DNA of 64,000 nucleotides from Gammaproteobacteria bacterium (GCA_027021445.1 JALUUH010000177.1:9667-73666), one strand, 5' to 3'; positions 10,289 through 20,727 are shown, numbered from the stretch's first letter. The notes: a model not told the origin generated them from the letters alone. Translations and numbers: made by a program.

Positions 10289-13006
10289 TTAATGCGCCTC
10301 ATCCCAATTATCACCCATTCCATAATCTACAACCAAGGGTATAGAAAGCACCGCCGCTTGCTGCATACGCTGACTAATTTCTGCCGCCGATTTATCGAGG
10401 TCACTTTCCTTAATTTCGAATACTAATTCATCATGTACCTGCATAATGAGTTTCAGCTCAGGCGCAGTTTGCTGGATCCATTGATCAACTGAGATCATCG
10501 CTCTTTTTATGATATCTGCTGCAGTTCCCTGCATCGGCGCATTAATCGCGGTGCGCTCCGCATACTGTCTTCGCTGATGGTTTGCAGCGTTTATATCTGG
10601 AAGATATAAACGTCGTCCAAACAAGGTTTCCACATAACCTTGCTCACGCGCTAACTCACGTGTGTTATCCATGTAAACTTTCACCCCTGGATATTCATCA
10701 AAATATTGATTAATATAGGTTTGTGCCTGATGCCGCTCTATTCCAAGCTGCTTAGCTAAGCCAAATGCAGACATTCCATAGATCAACCCGAAGTTTACTG
10801 CCTTAGCATGTCTACGCTGCTCTGTAGATACTTCTTCAGGCAATACCCCCATAATTTGTGCCGCTGTAATTCTATGGATATCTTCTCCATTATTAAAGGC
10901 TTCCAATAAACGCGAGTCTTGGGATAAATGCGCCATAATCCTAAGCTCAATTTGAGAATAGTCGGCAGCAAGAATTTTATGCCCTGGCGCAGCAATAAAT
11001 GCCTGGCGAATTCGACGACCTTCGGCGGTTCTTATCGGTATATTTTGTAAATTGGGGTCAGAAGAAGATAATCGACCGGTTGCGGCAACCGCCTGGTGAT
11101 AAGAAGTATGAACCCTATTTGTCACTTCACTAATCTGTAAAGGCAACTTATCCACATAAGTAGAGAGCAGCTTACTCATACTTCGGTGTTCGAGAATAAT
11201 ACGTGGCAACGGATACTTTATTGCTAGCTCTTGCAACACATCCTCCGCCGTGGATGCTTGTCCTTTCGGGGTTTTTTTAATGACCGGTAATTTCTGATCT
11301 TCAAATAATATTTTCTGAATTTGCTTGGGAGACGCCAAATTAAAACTTTCACCCGCAAGCTCATGGGCTTCTTGAACGAGTTTTGTTAATTTTGAGCTTA
11401 ACTCTACACTTTGTTGAGCCAGTAGATCTTTATCAATTAATACGCCGTTTCGCTCCATGCGAGATAAAACGCTAATTAACGGCAATTCTAGCTCCGTCAA
11501 TATTCTACTAAGATTTTCTTTTTGTTTTAAGTCCGCCCACAGTACATTGTGTAATTTTAAGGTAACGTCTGCATCTTCTGCCGCATAAGAACCTGCCTGC
11601 TCTAACGCAATCTGATTAAAGCTTAACTGTTTAGTCCCTTTGCCTGCAACATCCTCAAAATGTATTGTTTTATGTCCTAAGTATTTTAACGCCAACGTAT
11701 CCATATCATGCCTGGAGCTAACACTATCCAATACATAGGACTCAAGCATTGTATCGAATGCAATTCCCGCTAAGTAAATACCATAACGAGCGAGCACATT
11801 CATATCGTACTTTAAATTCTGCCCCACTTTTTTAGATTGGACATCTTCTAATAAAGGTTTAAGCGCTTGCAGAACAAAGTCTCTCTCCAATTGCTCTGGT
11901 GCGCCTTCATAATCATGTCCACAGGGCACATACGCAGCCTCACCTTCAACTACCGAAAATGAAACACCAACTATTTCAGCTACTATATAGTTGAGACTAG
12001 TTGTTTCCGTATCAAATGCAAAAAGTCGGGCACTCTTGAGCTTTTTTAACCACTCGTTAAGGTGATCCTTAGAAGTAATTATTTGATAATTTATAGCTTG
12101 GGCAGTTTCAACATGCTGATCATTACTTTGCGTGCTCACATTATTTTGCTCGTCGCTTAATAATTCATGCAGCCAACGTTTAAATTCAAAATGTTGGAAG
12201 TACGTTTTCAATGCCGCAGCATCCGGCGGGTTCAATTTAAGCTGTGTTATATCTATCGGTAAATCAACATCACATTTAATCGTCACCAAGGCTTGTGACA
12301 GAGGAATACGGGTGAGAACACTTCGCAAGTTTTCACCTACTTTGCCTTTTATTTCATCTGCACGAGTGATAATTCCCGCCAGGCTCCCATACTCCTTTAA
12401 CCATTTAACTGCTGTTTTTGGCCCTACTTTAGGCACACCTGGAATATTATCTGCGCTATCACCAACCAAGGCTAAATAATCAATGATATGGTTGGGGCCA
12501 ATGCCAAACTTTGCATGCACACCTTCAATATCCATTGCAGTATCAGTCATCGTATTGATCAACGTCACCCGGGAATTAACCAACTGCGCAAGATCTTTAT
12601 CACCGGTTGAAATGATGACATCTCTATCCATATTACAGGCTTGCTTAGACAAAGTTCCAATCACATCATCCGCTTCAACACCAACAACAGCAATGATGGG
12701 AAAGCCCATCGCTTGCAAAATTTCATTGATTGGCTCTATCTGTGCCACAAGATCGGCAGGCATAGAAGGTCTGTTTGCCTTATATTCTGGATACATATCA
12801 TCACGGAAAGTCTTGCCTTTGGCGTCAAATACAATAAGCACCTCTTCCGGCGAGTAGTCTTTAAGCAATTTTTTTAGCATGTTAACAACGCCATAAATTG
12901 CGCCCGTAGGCTGCCCTTTAGCATTCGTTAAATTCGGCATCCCGTGATAAGCGCGATACAAATATGACGAACCGTCAACTAAGATGATGGGCTTTTCTTG
13001 CTGCAT
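10289..13006 (-). CDS. polA: DNA polymerase I
   Basis: 5'-3' exonuclease (LVDGSSYLYRA), 3'-5' exonuclease (FDTETT) and polymerase motifs (ADYSQIELR, RHAKAVNFGLIYG, QVHDEL). Confidence 0.99.
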   Translation of the reverse strand: MQQEKPIILVDGSSYLYRAYHGMPNLTNAKGQPTGAIYGVVNMLKKLLKDYSPEEVLIVFDAKGKTFRDDMYPEYKANRPSMPADLVAQIEPINEILQAMGFPIIAVVGVEADDVIGTLSKQACNMDRDVIISTGDKDLAQLVNSRVTLINTMTDTAMDIEGVHAKFGIGPNHIIDYLALVGDSADNIPGVPKVGPKTAVKWLKEYGSLAGIITRADEIKGKVGENLRSVLTRIPLSQALVTIKCDVDLPIDITQLKLNPPDAAALKTYFQHFEFKRWLHELLSDEQNNVSTQSNDQHVETAQAINYQIITSKDHLNEWLKKLKSARLFAFDTETTSLNYIVAEIVGVSFSVVEGEAAYVPCGHDYEGAPEQLERDFVLQALKPLLEDVQSKKVGQNLKYDMNVLARYGIYLAGIAFDTMLESYVLDSVSSRHDMDTLALKYLGHKTIHFEDVAGKGTKQLSFNQIALEQAGSYAAEDADVTLKLHNVLWADLKQKENLSRILTELELPLISVLSRMERNGVLIDKDLLAQQSVELSSKLTKLVQEAHELAGESFNLASPKQIQKILFEDQKLPVIKKTPKGQASTAEDVLQELAIKYPLPRIILEHRSMSKLLSTYVDKLPLQISEVTNRVHTSYHQAVAATGRLSSSDPNLQNIPIRTAEGRRIRQAFIAAPGHKILAADYSQIELRIMAHLSQDSRLLEAFNNGEDIHRITAAQIMGVLPEEVSTEQRRHAKAVNFGLIYGMSAFGLAKQLGIERHQAQTYINQYFDEYPGVKVYMDNTRELAREQGYVETLFGRRLYLPDINAANHQRRQYAERTAINAPMQGTAADIIKRAMISVDQWIQQTAPELKLIMQVHDELVFEIKESDLDKSAAEISQRMQQAAVLSIPLVVDYGMGDNWDEAH

Positions 13007-13035
13007 GATTTTCCGTAGGTTGAAGAATGCCGGGC

Positions 13036-13059
13036 TTATCCTAGATTAATCTAGGATAA
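13036..13059. repeat. Perfect 24-bp palindrome TTATCCTAGATTAATCTAGGATAA
   Basis: Sequence equals its own reverse complement; sits in the short gap between divergent polA and the DUF2782-like gene. Confidence 0.9.
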
Positions 13060-13062
13060 TGA

Positions 13063-13404
13063 ATGGTATCAGATTATAATCAGGGAATGAGAAACCTTTT
13101 GCACAAAGCCAGCAAGCAACCCCTTTTGGTGTTATTAATGACCCTATGCGCATCAGTGTATGCCAATGACATTACTTCTGATGAAACCGAGAATGATGCT
13201 CAGGGAATTATTATTCAGGATAAAAATAATTCTCGAATACAAGAGTTTCGATCTAATGGCCAAGTATATATGATCAAAATAACCCCGAACAAAGGCTTTC
13301 CCTATTATTTAGTCGATACCGATGGGGATGGTCTATTAGAAAGTCGTAAAAATGGAATGGAACCCAACCTGCTCATTCCATCATGGGTGATTTTTAGCTG
13401 GTAA
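13063..13404 (+). CDS. Periplasmic DUF2782-like protein
   Basis: Signal peptide, EFRSNGQVYMIKITPNKGFPYYLVDTDGDG, C-terminal IPSWVIFSW; usual neighbour of polA. Alternative start 13087. Confidence 0.8.
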   Translation: MVSDYNQGMRNLLHKASKQPLLVLLMTLCASVYANDITSDETENDAQGIIIQDKNNSRIQEFRSNGQVYMIKITPNKGFPYYLVDTDGDGLLESRKNGMEPNLLIPSWVIFSW

Positions 13405-13455
13405 ATCTGATTTTAGGATGATGCTTACAATATCTCTGCATAGAGAGTATGAAAT

Positions 13456-13484
13456 AAAAAAGCCGGTTAAAAACCGGCTTTTTT
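13456..13484. terminator. Bidirectional intrinsic terminator
   Basis: AAAAAAGCCGGTT-AAA-AACCGGCTTTTTT between convergent genes. Confidence 0.85.
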
Positions 13485-13503
13485 ATACTATTCTTGTTAA
13501 GGA

Positions 13504-13839
13504 CTAACCTAAACTAAGAATAAAGTCTACTAACTCTCCGATGTCCGCGTCGCTTACACGTGGAGAATATGGAGGCATTGGTACACCTTTAGTAACTTCA
13601 GTCCAGTTGCCTTTTCCACCTTTCTTGACTTTACCAATAAGAGTGTCTTTTGCAGCAGCATCGCCTTTATAACGCTGACCAACAGCTGCCCAACCTGGAC
13701 CAACTACTTTCTTATCAATAGCGTGACAAGCAGTACAACCACTTTTCTTCGCCAATGGAGGCATATCAGCTGCTTGAGCCTGAGATACGCCAAAAACTAA
13801 CATAGCAGCCGCAGGTAAACCTAACCACTTCGCCTTCAT
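13504..13839 (-). CDS. Class I cytochrome c (c551/c552 type)
   Basis: GAGGAG RBS before ATG 13839, signal peptide AQA, CTACH, KKVVGP, GKGNW, MPP axial Met. Confidence 0.92.
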   Translation of the reverse strand: MKAKWLGLPAAAMLVFGVSQAQAADMPPLAKKSGCTACHAIDKKVVGPGWAAVGQRYKGDAAAKDTLIGKVKKGGKGNWTEVTKGVPMPPYSPRVSDADIGELVDFILSLG

Positions 13840-14074
13840 GATGTCTCCTCCCAAAAAATTATATTCTAAATGTCCTTGAGAATCGGATGAGCGATTATCA
13901 CTCGCCAAGGACTAAAAAAACCAAGTGCATTGATTACTTTATCAAAACCGCATGGAAGACGTCTTTATGCCACGGCCTAGTACTTAGTGTCAAGCAAAAC
14001 GTGAACCTAAGCTTAATATCGTGTGATTATTGCAAAAATATTAAGGGAATATAAAATTTTCAAATCAATAACCT

Positions 14075-14102
14075 AAAAAGACCTCATAAGGAGGCCTTTT
14101 TT
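14075..14102 (-). terminator. Putative intrinsic terminator of the barrel/lipoprotein pair
   Basis: AAAAAGACCTC-ATAAG-GAGGCCTTTTTT hairpin with flanking A/T tracts, just downstream of ORF 14133. Confidence 0.6.
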
Positions 14103-14132
14103 ATTTTTTTACTGTAGGGCATAAAACGATTG

Positions 14133-15593
14133 TTAATTCCACTCCACTAATTCTCCACCGATGTCTACTAAATAACCCGTGCCATCATCATTTGTCTTCA
14201 ACACATACGACTCTGTTACTCCGGGTATTGGCTCAACCGTCATTACTATTGTGCCATCATCTATTTGCTCATAAGTCCCATTAAGCGGATCACCTGCTGT
14301 GAAACTCGCACTTGCCTCTCCACCTAAGTCTAGGTTTCCGGTCAATGCCATTGTTCCATCCTCGTTAAATGTCAAACCAACACTCGACCCAGCACCATCT
14401 GCAATATTAATCGGTGAACTTGTATCGATTGACGCCCGCGCACTAAAATCCGCACTGCTTGCATCGACATAGGTACCGTTTAAGAACTTATTGACTAAAC
14501 TGGTTAAACTGAATTTGTCATTCTCTAGGTTCTTCAAATATATACCAGCATCAAGATCCGTAGTTGCCGCTGCAACAGCTCGATTAATCGCATCATTTGC
14601 AACCGTGGCAATATTATTCGAACGCATTAGGTTAACAACTACTTCTATTGCCCGTGCTCGACTATAGGCATCCGCTTGAGAGCTAAGATCCGATTTAAAC
14701 AGGGTGGAAACTAATGCGGATAATACGCCTAGCTTAGCGGAAGTCGCGGTATTTGATGTTGCACCAGTCGTCGTTGTACCTTCAGCTGTCGCTGATGCGT
14801 TCATATTCCTAATAGCGGACTCAATAACAGTATTTACACTACTGACTAAAACATCTGCTACTTTGCGGGTCCCTAAATTTTCTTGAATGGCCGCATATGC
14901 CAAATGTGTTGGATCAAGCGGTAAGTTGTCACCGAATAATGTGTTATTTAACGTAACACCCATAAGATCCGCAGACTTGTGTAATAAAAGCGCCATTTTG
15001 AACAAGGCTGTGCGCTTTGCAAAAGTCTGGCTGCTCGAAAAATCCAAATAATCTGAATTCATATCTGCTACAGTAAGATCATTTGCTTCAGTTGCTACAA
15101 ACGTATTTATTTCTGCATCAGTCATTGTCGACATTAAGCTAGTAATCGGTGAGACCACGAGCACCGATGATGAAACATTCTTAATCGCGACTTTACGACT
15201 TAAAACTCCTACAAACGATTCACTAATGGTTTTGCTATAACCCCCCGAAACACGAATCATCGCCTCGGCTTGCCCTGCCGATAACTTAAAGCAGTTTTCA
15301 GGCTCATCCGCGCCCTCCGCACAATGATCTACAGCTGCGCCGCCCTCTCCTCCCGTAGGACTACTCGACGTATACCCGTCTTTATCCGTTTGCGCAGCGC
15401 TACCAACTTCTCCGGTATCTTTAATCCCGTCTTGATCAAAATCCTGGAAAAGCTTCCCTCTGGTAATATATCCATCAATCGCTCGAATGCTCAGCTGTAT
15501 ATCCGCTGAACCATTATCCTGATCTGGCACCGCACAACCCACTAAGCCTATTATGATGAGGACAGCGGCAATAAAACTTATTTTTTCAAACAT
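14133..15593 (-). CDS. Hypothetical Ala/Thr/Ser-rich lipoprotein (486 aa)
   Basis: Lipobox LVGC; AIDGYITRGKLFQDFDQDGIKDTGE (DxDxDG Ca-loop-like) N-terminal motif; long helical middle; beta-rich C-terminus. Confidence 0.7.
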   Translation of the reverse strand: MFEKISFIAAVLIIIGLVGCAVPDQDNGSADIQLSIRAIDGYITRGKLFQDFDQDGIKDTGEVGSAAQTDKDGYTSSSPTGGEGGAAVDHCAEGADEPENCFKLSAGQAEAMIRVSGGYSKTISESFVGVLSRKVAIKNVSSSVLVVSPITSLMSTMTDAEINTFVATEANDLTVADMNSDYLDFSSSQTFAKRTALFKMALLLHKSADLMGVTLNNTLFGDNLPLDPTHLAYAAIQENLGTRKVADVLVSSVNTVIESAIRNMNASATAEGTTTTGATSNTATSAKLGVLSALVSTLFKSDLSSQADAYSRARAIEVVVNLMRSNNIATVANDAINRAVAAATTDLDAGIYLKNLENDKFSLTSLVNKFLNGTYVDASSADFSARASIDTSSPINIADGAGSSVGLTFNEDGTMALTGNLDLGGEASASFTAGDPLNGTYEQIDDGTIVMTVEPIPGVTESYVLKTNDDGTGYLVDIGGELVEWN

Positions 15594-15608
15594 TCGCTTA
15601 TCCCCTAA

Positions 15609-16946
15609 TTAAAACATAAAATTAATGCCGGCATTTAATGCAATACCGCGCGCAGCAAATGGCACATCCTCTAAACCTTGTATTTGACTGGTATCAAAAG
15701 GCTTTAATCCATAGGCAATATCAATGTGAGCAATAAGCCATGAAATACCAAAAGTGAGGTAATTCATTTGCGTGCCTACTAAGTTTTGACGATATCCCAC
15801 ACGTACACCAGGTGCCCAAAACCATTTACTCCAGAGTTTGGGTATAAATGAAGAACTCACCGTAAACCACTGATATTCATTGGCCACCATGTCTCTGATA
15901 GGGTTCACCTCTAACGAGGTGGAAACAGCCCACATTCGGCTTAATGAATAGAGTGAAGCCTCTAAATTTAACTGGGGAAACATCGTATAGGTTTCTTTCA
16001 GGTCAATTTCATCCGAAAAAGCGAGTGCTGCAAAACACGCATCATCGGTGCAATTATTTCCAATTGTTGGGTAGTCAAACGAAGGCGCATTAATATTCTT
16101 GAGTGTGCCTCCTACCTGGTAATGCGGAGTAACAAATAAAGCACCAATATCTAGGCCTATACCTGCCTTGCCACCACCACTGATCGCATCAGACATATTA
16201 TCCTCTAACAAAGTCGTTGCATCGCTAAACTCCTGAAAACTTATCAAGTTCTTGGTTAATAAAACTTGATAATAGGCAAGGCGAAAACCGCCGTAGATAA
16301 TTCCTTCCGGTAACTCATAAACCTCTTTACTATAGGATACTGAACCTTGCACCAAGCCTCCCACTTTCAAATAAGCAGCTGAATTAGTCTGAATCTGATC
16401 ACCTTCGGCGGCTAAGAAATCAAGCGCTAATGGCGCATCTAAAAACCCTATTTTGGCTTGCACATCAATTCCAAGATCAAAAACCAAAGAACCAAGATCC
16501 GGCCCCGTAGTTACAAATGGGCCGAGAGGTTGAACACCTATAGCAGCGTCCATATAAAATGAATCACCTAATTCTGCGAGCAAATTATCGGCATCGTTTT
16601 TTAAGGCCTCAACAACTGATAAGTCTGGAGTAGCAGAACCACTTAAAAATGAACTTTGCACCGCATCTAAGCGTTGCTGAATCCCATCAATGTTATTGTA
16701 AATCTGTTCCATCGGACCAAATTCCAAGGCCACTCCCACAGAATTAACAATACTCATGCCGAATCCGCGTTTTTCTGAGAACAACAGTGTAACGCCCGTT
16801 GCCGGGTTGCCCGAGTAAGCTGATAGATTATAGGGACTACTCACATTTCCGTGGGTTAGGTTCGCGCCCGATGGCAAAGCTGACGTTTGCGAGAATACGC
16901 CTGTTGAAGCCCCACACATTACCAGCGCAGTCAATATTCGCTTCAT
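15609..16946 (-). CDS. Outer-membrane beta-barrel, TraF-like (TraF_2)/FadL superfamily
   Basis: Signal peptide, N-terminal ...SGNPA hatch motif, alternating beta-strands (GIGLDIGALF, YQVGGTLKNIN, VRVGYRQN), C-terminal aromatic ...GINFMF. Confidence 0.65.
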   Translation of the reverse strand: MKRILTALVMCGASTGVFSQTSALPSGANLTHGNVSSPYNLSAYSGNPATGVTLLFSEKRGFGMSIVNSVGVALEFGPMEQIYNNIDGIQQRLDAVQSSFLSGSATPDLSVVEALKNDADNLLAELGDSFYMDAAIGVQPLGPFVTTGPDLGSLVFDLGIDVQAKIGFLDAPLALDFLAAEGDQIQTNSAAYLKVGGLVQGSVSYSKEVYELPEGIIYGGFRLAYYQVLLTKNLISFQEFSDATTLLEDNMSDAISGGGKAGIGLDIGALFVTPHYQVGGTLKNINAPSFDYPTIGNNCTDDACFAALAFSDEIDLKETYTMFPQLNLEASLYSLSRMWAVSTSLEVNPIRDMVANEYQWFTVSSSFIPKLWSKWFWAPGVRVGYRQNLVGTQMNYLTFGISWLIAHIDIAYGLKPFDTSQIQGLEDVPFAARGIALNAGINFMF

Positions 16947-17168
16947 AGCTGACCCTCTAATTGATGCTTCATGATCATTTCTCTTAAATTTAACATTCTT
17001 AAACGGTTCCCATCTTTATCGCTTTATGCTATTTGTATCTGCTTTCGACCATGCTTCGATTAGACTTGATAGCTCATTACATGTTTTTACAAAGATATTT
17101 CTTAGCTAGAACTGAATGGAAGACATAAACACATTACAATCAATGCACTGCAAAAAGAGAACCAATAA

Positions 17169-17483
17169 ATGCATAAAACACCTTGTCCCCACTGTGAAAA
17201 AGATGCGATAAGCATTTCAGACCGTTTAAAAGCCTTGCACTGGCACACCATTCACTGCGCAGATTGCGGCAAACGATCTTGCATGAATCCTATTATGTTA
17301 TCCATATTTTGGTTTGTTCTGGTTTGGGATTTTTTCTTTTTTGGGTTTATGGCTTGGTTTGAAAGTAGCTATATCTATCTGGCAATAATGCTGATTGGCT
17401 GGCTTATCATTGATGTATTCGGCTATTACATTCCACTTTCTCGAATGCGGTCGTTACCGATACCTGACGGCAAAAGCGGCTAA
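17169..17483 (+). CDS. Small membrane protein with N-terminal Zn-ribbon-like motif
   Basis: CPHC...HCADC followed by two hydrophobic helices. Confidence 0.6.
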   Translation: MHKTPCPHCEKDAISISDRLKALHWHTIHCADCGKRSCMNPIMLSIFWFVLVWDFFFFGFMAWFESSYIYLAIMLIGWLIIDVFGYYIPLSRMRSLPIPDGKSG

Positions 17484-18085
17484 AATTCTAGCGGTCGGAT
17501 ATGATCTAGGTGATCTAATACGCCGGTCAAACGCTCAAGCCGTTCGATCGAATCATCTATTTGTAAAAAATATTGCTTTTGCGAAAGCTTTAAGGGCAAT
17601 AGTTCTGCTAAACGATAACCAACCCAAGTCGCATTGCTATATTTCATTGGCAAATCAGAATATCGGTTAGAGTTTTGACTGATACACTCCTTCAACAAAT
17701 CCACTAGATGCTCATAATCGTCAGGAATACTGGCATCTGGCGTTTCAGCAAGTATACTAATATTTGCCACATGAAGTTGCTTACTTTTTTTTTCTTCGAA
17801 GTCTATTTTAAATCGCTCTAAACCAACAACGTTTATACCTAACATTCCGTCATTACGCATGTGCCAATCGTTAATCTTAGCAATGGTACCTATTTCAAAT
17901 GTCGATGGTTCGGGGCCAGATTCGCTTTCTTCTCGAATCAGACAAATTCCAAATGGCGCATTATTTTTAACACAATAACTCACCATATCGGTATACCGTG
18001 GTTCAAATATTTTTAGCGGGAGTGGACCTTCGGGAAATAACACAGAATGCAGCGGTAACAGCGGAATTTGTTTTTCACTCATCAC
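17480..18085 (-). CDS. Lon protease N-terminal (substrate-binding) domain protein
   Basis: [41 protein letters not shown]; no AAA+ or protease domain. Confidence 0.88.
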   Translation of the reverse strand: MMSEKQIPLLPLHSVLFPEGPLPLKIFEPRYTDMVSYCVKNNAPFGICLIREESESGPEPSTFEIGTIAKINDWHMRNDGMLGINVVGLERFKIDFEEKKSKQLHVANISILAETPDASIPDDYEHLVDLLKECISQNSNRYSDLPMKYSNATWVGYRLAELLPLKLSQKQYFLQIDDSIERLERLTGVLDHLDHIRPLEF

Positions 18086-18695
18086 TATTCGCTCCCCAAC
18101 GGGGCGCGAGTTTTTGGTCGATACCTAAATGATCTAATATTCGAGCAACAACAAAATCAACCATATCGTTGATGGTTTTTGGTTGATGATAAAAAGCTGG
18201 GCTTGCCGGCATAATGGTTACACCCAATTTCGAAAGTTTAGTCATATTTTCCAAGTGAATGGCTGATAAAGGCATTTCTCTAGGCACCAGAATGAGAGGC
18301 CTATTTTCTTTTAATATGACATCAGCCGCACGTTCAATTAAGTTTCTGCTCGCTCCGACCGAAATTGCAGAAAGTGTGCCGGTGGAGCAGGGACAAACCA
18401 CCATGGCATCCGGTGCATTTGAACCACTCGCCACAGGAGCCATCCATTGTTCTTTATTGAAAACTTGCAGTTGACCTTCTTCAATCACATACTTATCGGC
18501 AAAAAATTTTTCGATCTCCTGACTTCGACTAGGTAAGGCCAGATCCGTCTCAGTAGCAATAACGATACGCGCTGGAGACGAAATCATAAGATAAACGTTT
18601 ACTTTTGCCTCAAGCAAGCACTGCAGAAGTTTCAACCCATACACAGCTCCGCTTGCACCAGTAATCGCTACACTAATTGTTGAATTAATTTTCAT
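18075..18695 (-). CDS. ubiX: Flavin prenyltransferase UbiX
   Basis: [47 protein letters not shown]. Confidence 0.96.
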   Translation of the reverse strand: MKINSTISVAITGASGAVYGLKLLQCLLEAKVNVYLMISSPARIVIATETDLALPSRSQEIEKFFADKYVIEEGQLQVFNKEQWMAPVASGSNAPDAMVVCPCSTGTLSAISVGASRNLIERAADVILKENRPLILVPREMPLSAIHLENMTKLSKLGVTIMPASPAFYHQPKTINDMVDFVVARILDHLGIDQKLAPRWGANSDE

Positions 18696-20056
18696 ACTGG
18701 GACATTTTGTAGCCCATCAAGTAAACGCTGGTGAATATTGTCAAAACCACCATTACTCATAATTAGCACATAATCTCCAGCAACTGCGACTTTCTTTATA
18801 TAGGCAATAATTTCAGCCACTGAGTCCATGGAAATACCGTTAGCAACTTGAGAGAGCATAGGCGCTACATCCCATGATAGGTTCTCCGGCTTAAACATAA
18901 TGACCTGATCCGCTTCGATTAACGCATCTGCGAGTACGCCTTTATGTACACCTAGCTTCATGGTATTTGAACGCGGCTCAAAAACTGCGAAGATCCTAGC
19001 CTCACCGACTTTTTGCCGCAATCCTTGCAACGTCAACTTTATCGCAGTCGGATGGTGTGCAAAATCATCATAAACGGAGATACCATTTACCTGGCCTTTT
19101 AGCTCCATGCGGCGTTTCACATTCCTAAAATCACCCAATGCAGCGATTGCCTGCGTGGGCAATACCCCAACATGCTTAGCCGCCGCTACTGCCGCGATAG
19201 CATTAGAAACATTATGTAATCCGATTAAATCCCAGCCAACTAAACCAAGGCGCTTGCCGTTAAAATTAATGTAAAACTCACTCCCGTCTTCCTGTACTAA
19301 TTCAGCCATCCAATCACTTTTAACACCGACAGCAGTTTTCTGTAAAGGAGTCCAAGCACCTCTATCAATGACATCATCAATGTTCTTTTCATTTTGTGGA
19401 TATATTATCAAGCCATTCGATGGAACCGTTTTTACTAAATGGTGAAATTGTTTTTTAATCGCCTCTAAATCATCAAATATATCAGCATGGTCAAACTCTA
19501 AATTATTCATGATCAAGGTATTCGGCTGGTAATGGACAAACTTAGAGCGCTTATCAAAAAAAGCGGTGTCGTATTCATCCGCTTCTATTACAAAGAAAGA
19601 GGACTCTCCAATTCTCGCAGAAACTCCAAAATTTTCAGGAATTCCACCCACGAGAAACCCTGGACTCATGCCCGCAAATTCTAAAATCCAACTCAGGATA
19701 CTCGTCGTTGTCGTCTTTCCATGGGTACCTGCTACCGCTAATACCCATTTGTCTTGCAAAATATATTTAGCAATAAATTCAGGACCAGACATGAAAGCGA
19801 GTTTAGAATTTAGAACGTATTCTATACATTCCACACCTCTGCCAAGCGCGTTTCCTATTACCACTAAATCGGGTTTTTTTTTAAATTGTTGAGATGAATA
19901 TCCGTCGAATAGTGTAATACCTAAACTCTCAAGCTGAGTACTCATCGGTGGGTAAACGGATTCGTCTGACCCAGTTACAGTATATCCGAGTTGCCGCGCG
20001 ATCATCGCAACCCCACCCATAAATGTTCCGCAAATTCCCAAGATATGAATATGCAT
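18692..20056 (-). CDS. mpl: Murein tripeptide ligase Mpl
   Basis: [59 protein letters not shown]. Confidence 0.97.
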   Translation of the reverse strand: MHIHILGICGTFMGGVAMIARQLGYTVTGSDESVYPPMSTQLESLGITLFDGYSSQQFKKKPDLVVIGNALGRGVECIEYVLNSKLAFMSGPEFIAKYILQDKWVLAVAGTHGKTTTTSILSWILEFAGMSPGFLVGGIPENFGVSARIGESSFFVIEADEYDTAFFDKRSKFVHYQPNTLIMNNLEFDHADIFDDLEAIKKQFHHLVKTVPSNGLIIYPQNEKNIDDVIDRGAWTPLQKTAVGVKSDWMAELVQEDGSEFYINFNGKRLGLVGWDLIGLHNVSNAIAAVAAAKHVGVLPTQAIAALGDFRNVKRRMELKGQVNGISVYDDFAHHPTAIKLTLQGLRQKVGEARIFAVFEPRSNTMKLGVHKGVLADALIEADQVIMFKPENLSWDVAPMLSQVANGISMDSVAEIIAYIKKVAVAGDYVLIMSNGGFDNIHQRLLDGLQNVPV

Positions 20057-20072
20057 CAGGAAAACGACTCAA

Positions 20073-20594
20073 TCATGTGGTAAAAATGGCAATTGTCTTG
20101 ATTAATCTTAAGGTAATCGTAAAACTAAGATACATAAACAACAAGGACACACCTAGTCCCGCAAGCAACGAAATTTCGAGGGAGTAACGCAAAATATGCC
20201 CCAGAATTGCGGTTTCCCAAACCACCAGCGCGAGCCAAAAAACCATGAAAACATTTTCGCTTCCTACGCCCGCCTGACTCACCCAAATAAGTAAAGGCAT
20301 CGCAATCACCGCAATGACTGCAGAAGTACCCGCACTTGCACTAATCGTCTGAATGATTCGCTCAGGCATTTTTTTTATCCATAGTGCAATTTGGATCACG
20401 AATATAAGTAAAATAGTTTGCAGTGCCGCAACCAATATCGATGTCGCAAAATTTTGCGAAAACAAGGTTATTATAGTGCCCGTAACGAAGTATAAAGTTA
20501 CCGCAATATATTGGGATATTTTTGAGCGAGGAGCATCTTGAGGAAGAGCTTGCAGGCGACACAGCCTCCAATAATAATTAAGCCAGTTAGCCAT
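20073..20594 (-). CDS. Hypothetical inner-membrane protein
   Basis: About 5 TM helices, PQDAP motif, 16 bp upstream of mpl. Confidence 0.7.
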   Translation of the reverse strand: MANWLNYYWRLCRLQALPQDAPRSKISQYIAVTLYFVTGTIITLFSQNFATSILVAALQTILLIFVIQIALWIKKMPERIIQTISASAGTSAVIAVIAMPLLIWVSQAGVGSENVFMVFWLALVVWETAILGHILRYSLEISLLAGLGVSLLFMYLSFTITLRLIKTIAIFTT

Positions 20595-20727
20595 TGTACA
20601 AACTCCATGTCATGTTATTGATTAGTATAAGATCTAAATCCTATCAGTGATTGCTTGCCAGGACTCATATTTTCCATCCCAGCAACAACGTTCACTCTCA
20701 ATCAGTAAATCCAAGCTTGCAAAAATA

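Noticed and set aside
10099-10323. 74-aa ORF overlapping the polA end
   Set aside because: No recognisable motif; it runs across the hairpins and terminator, which are better explained as an sRNA.
15609-16946. Conjugative element implied by the TraF-like gene
   Set aside because: No relaxase, T4SS, integrase or att repeats in the window; TraF_2-type barrels are often chromosomal.
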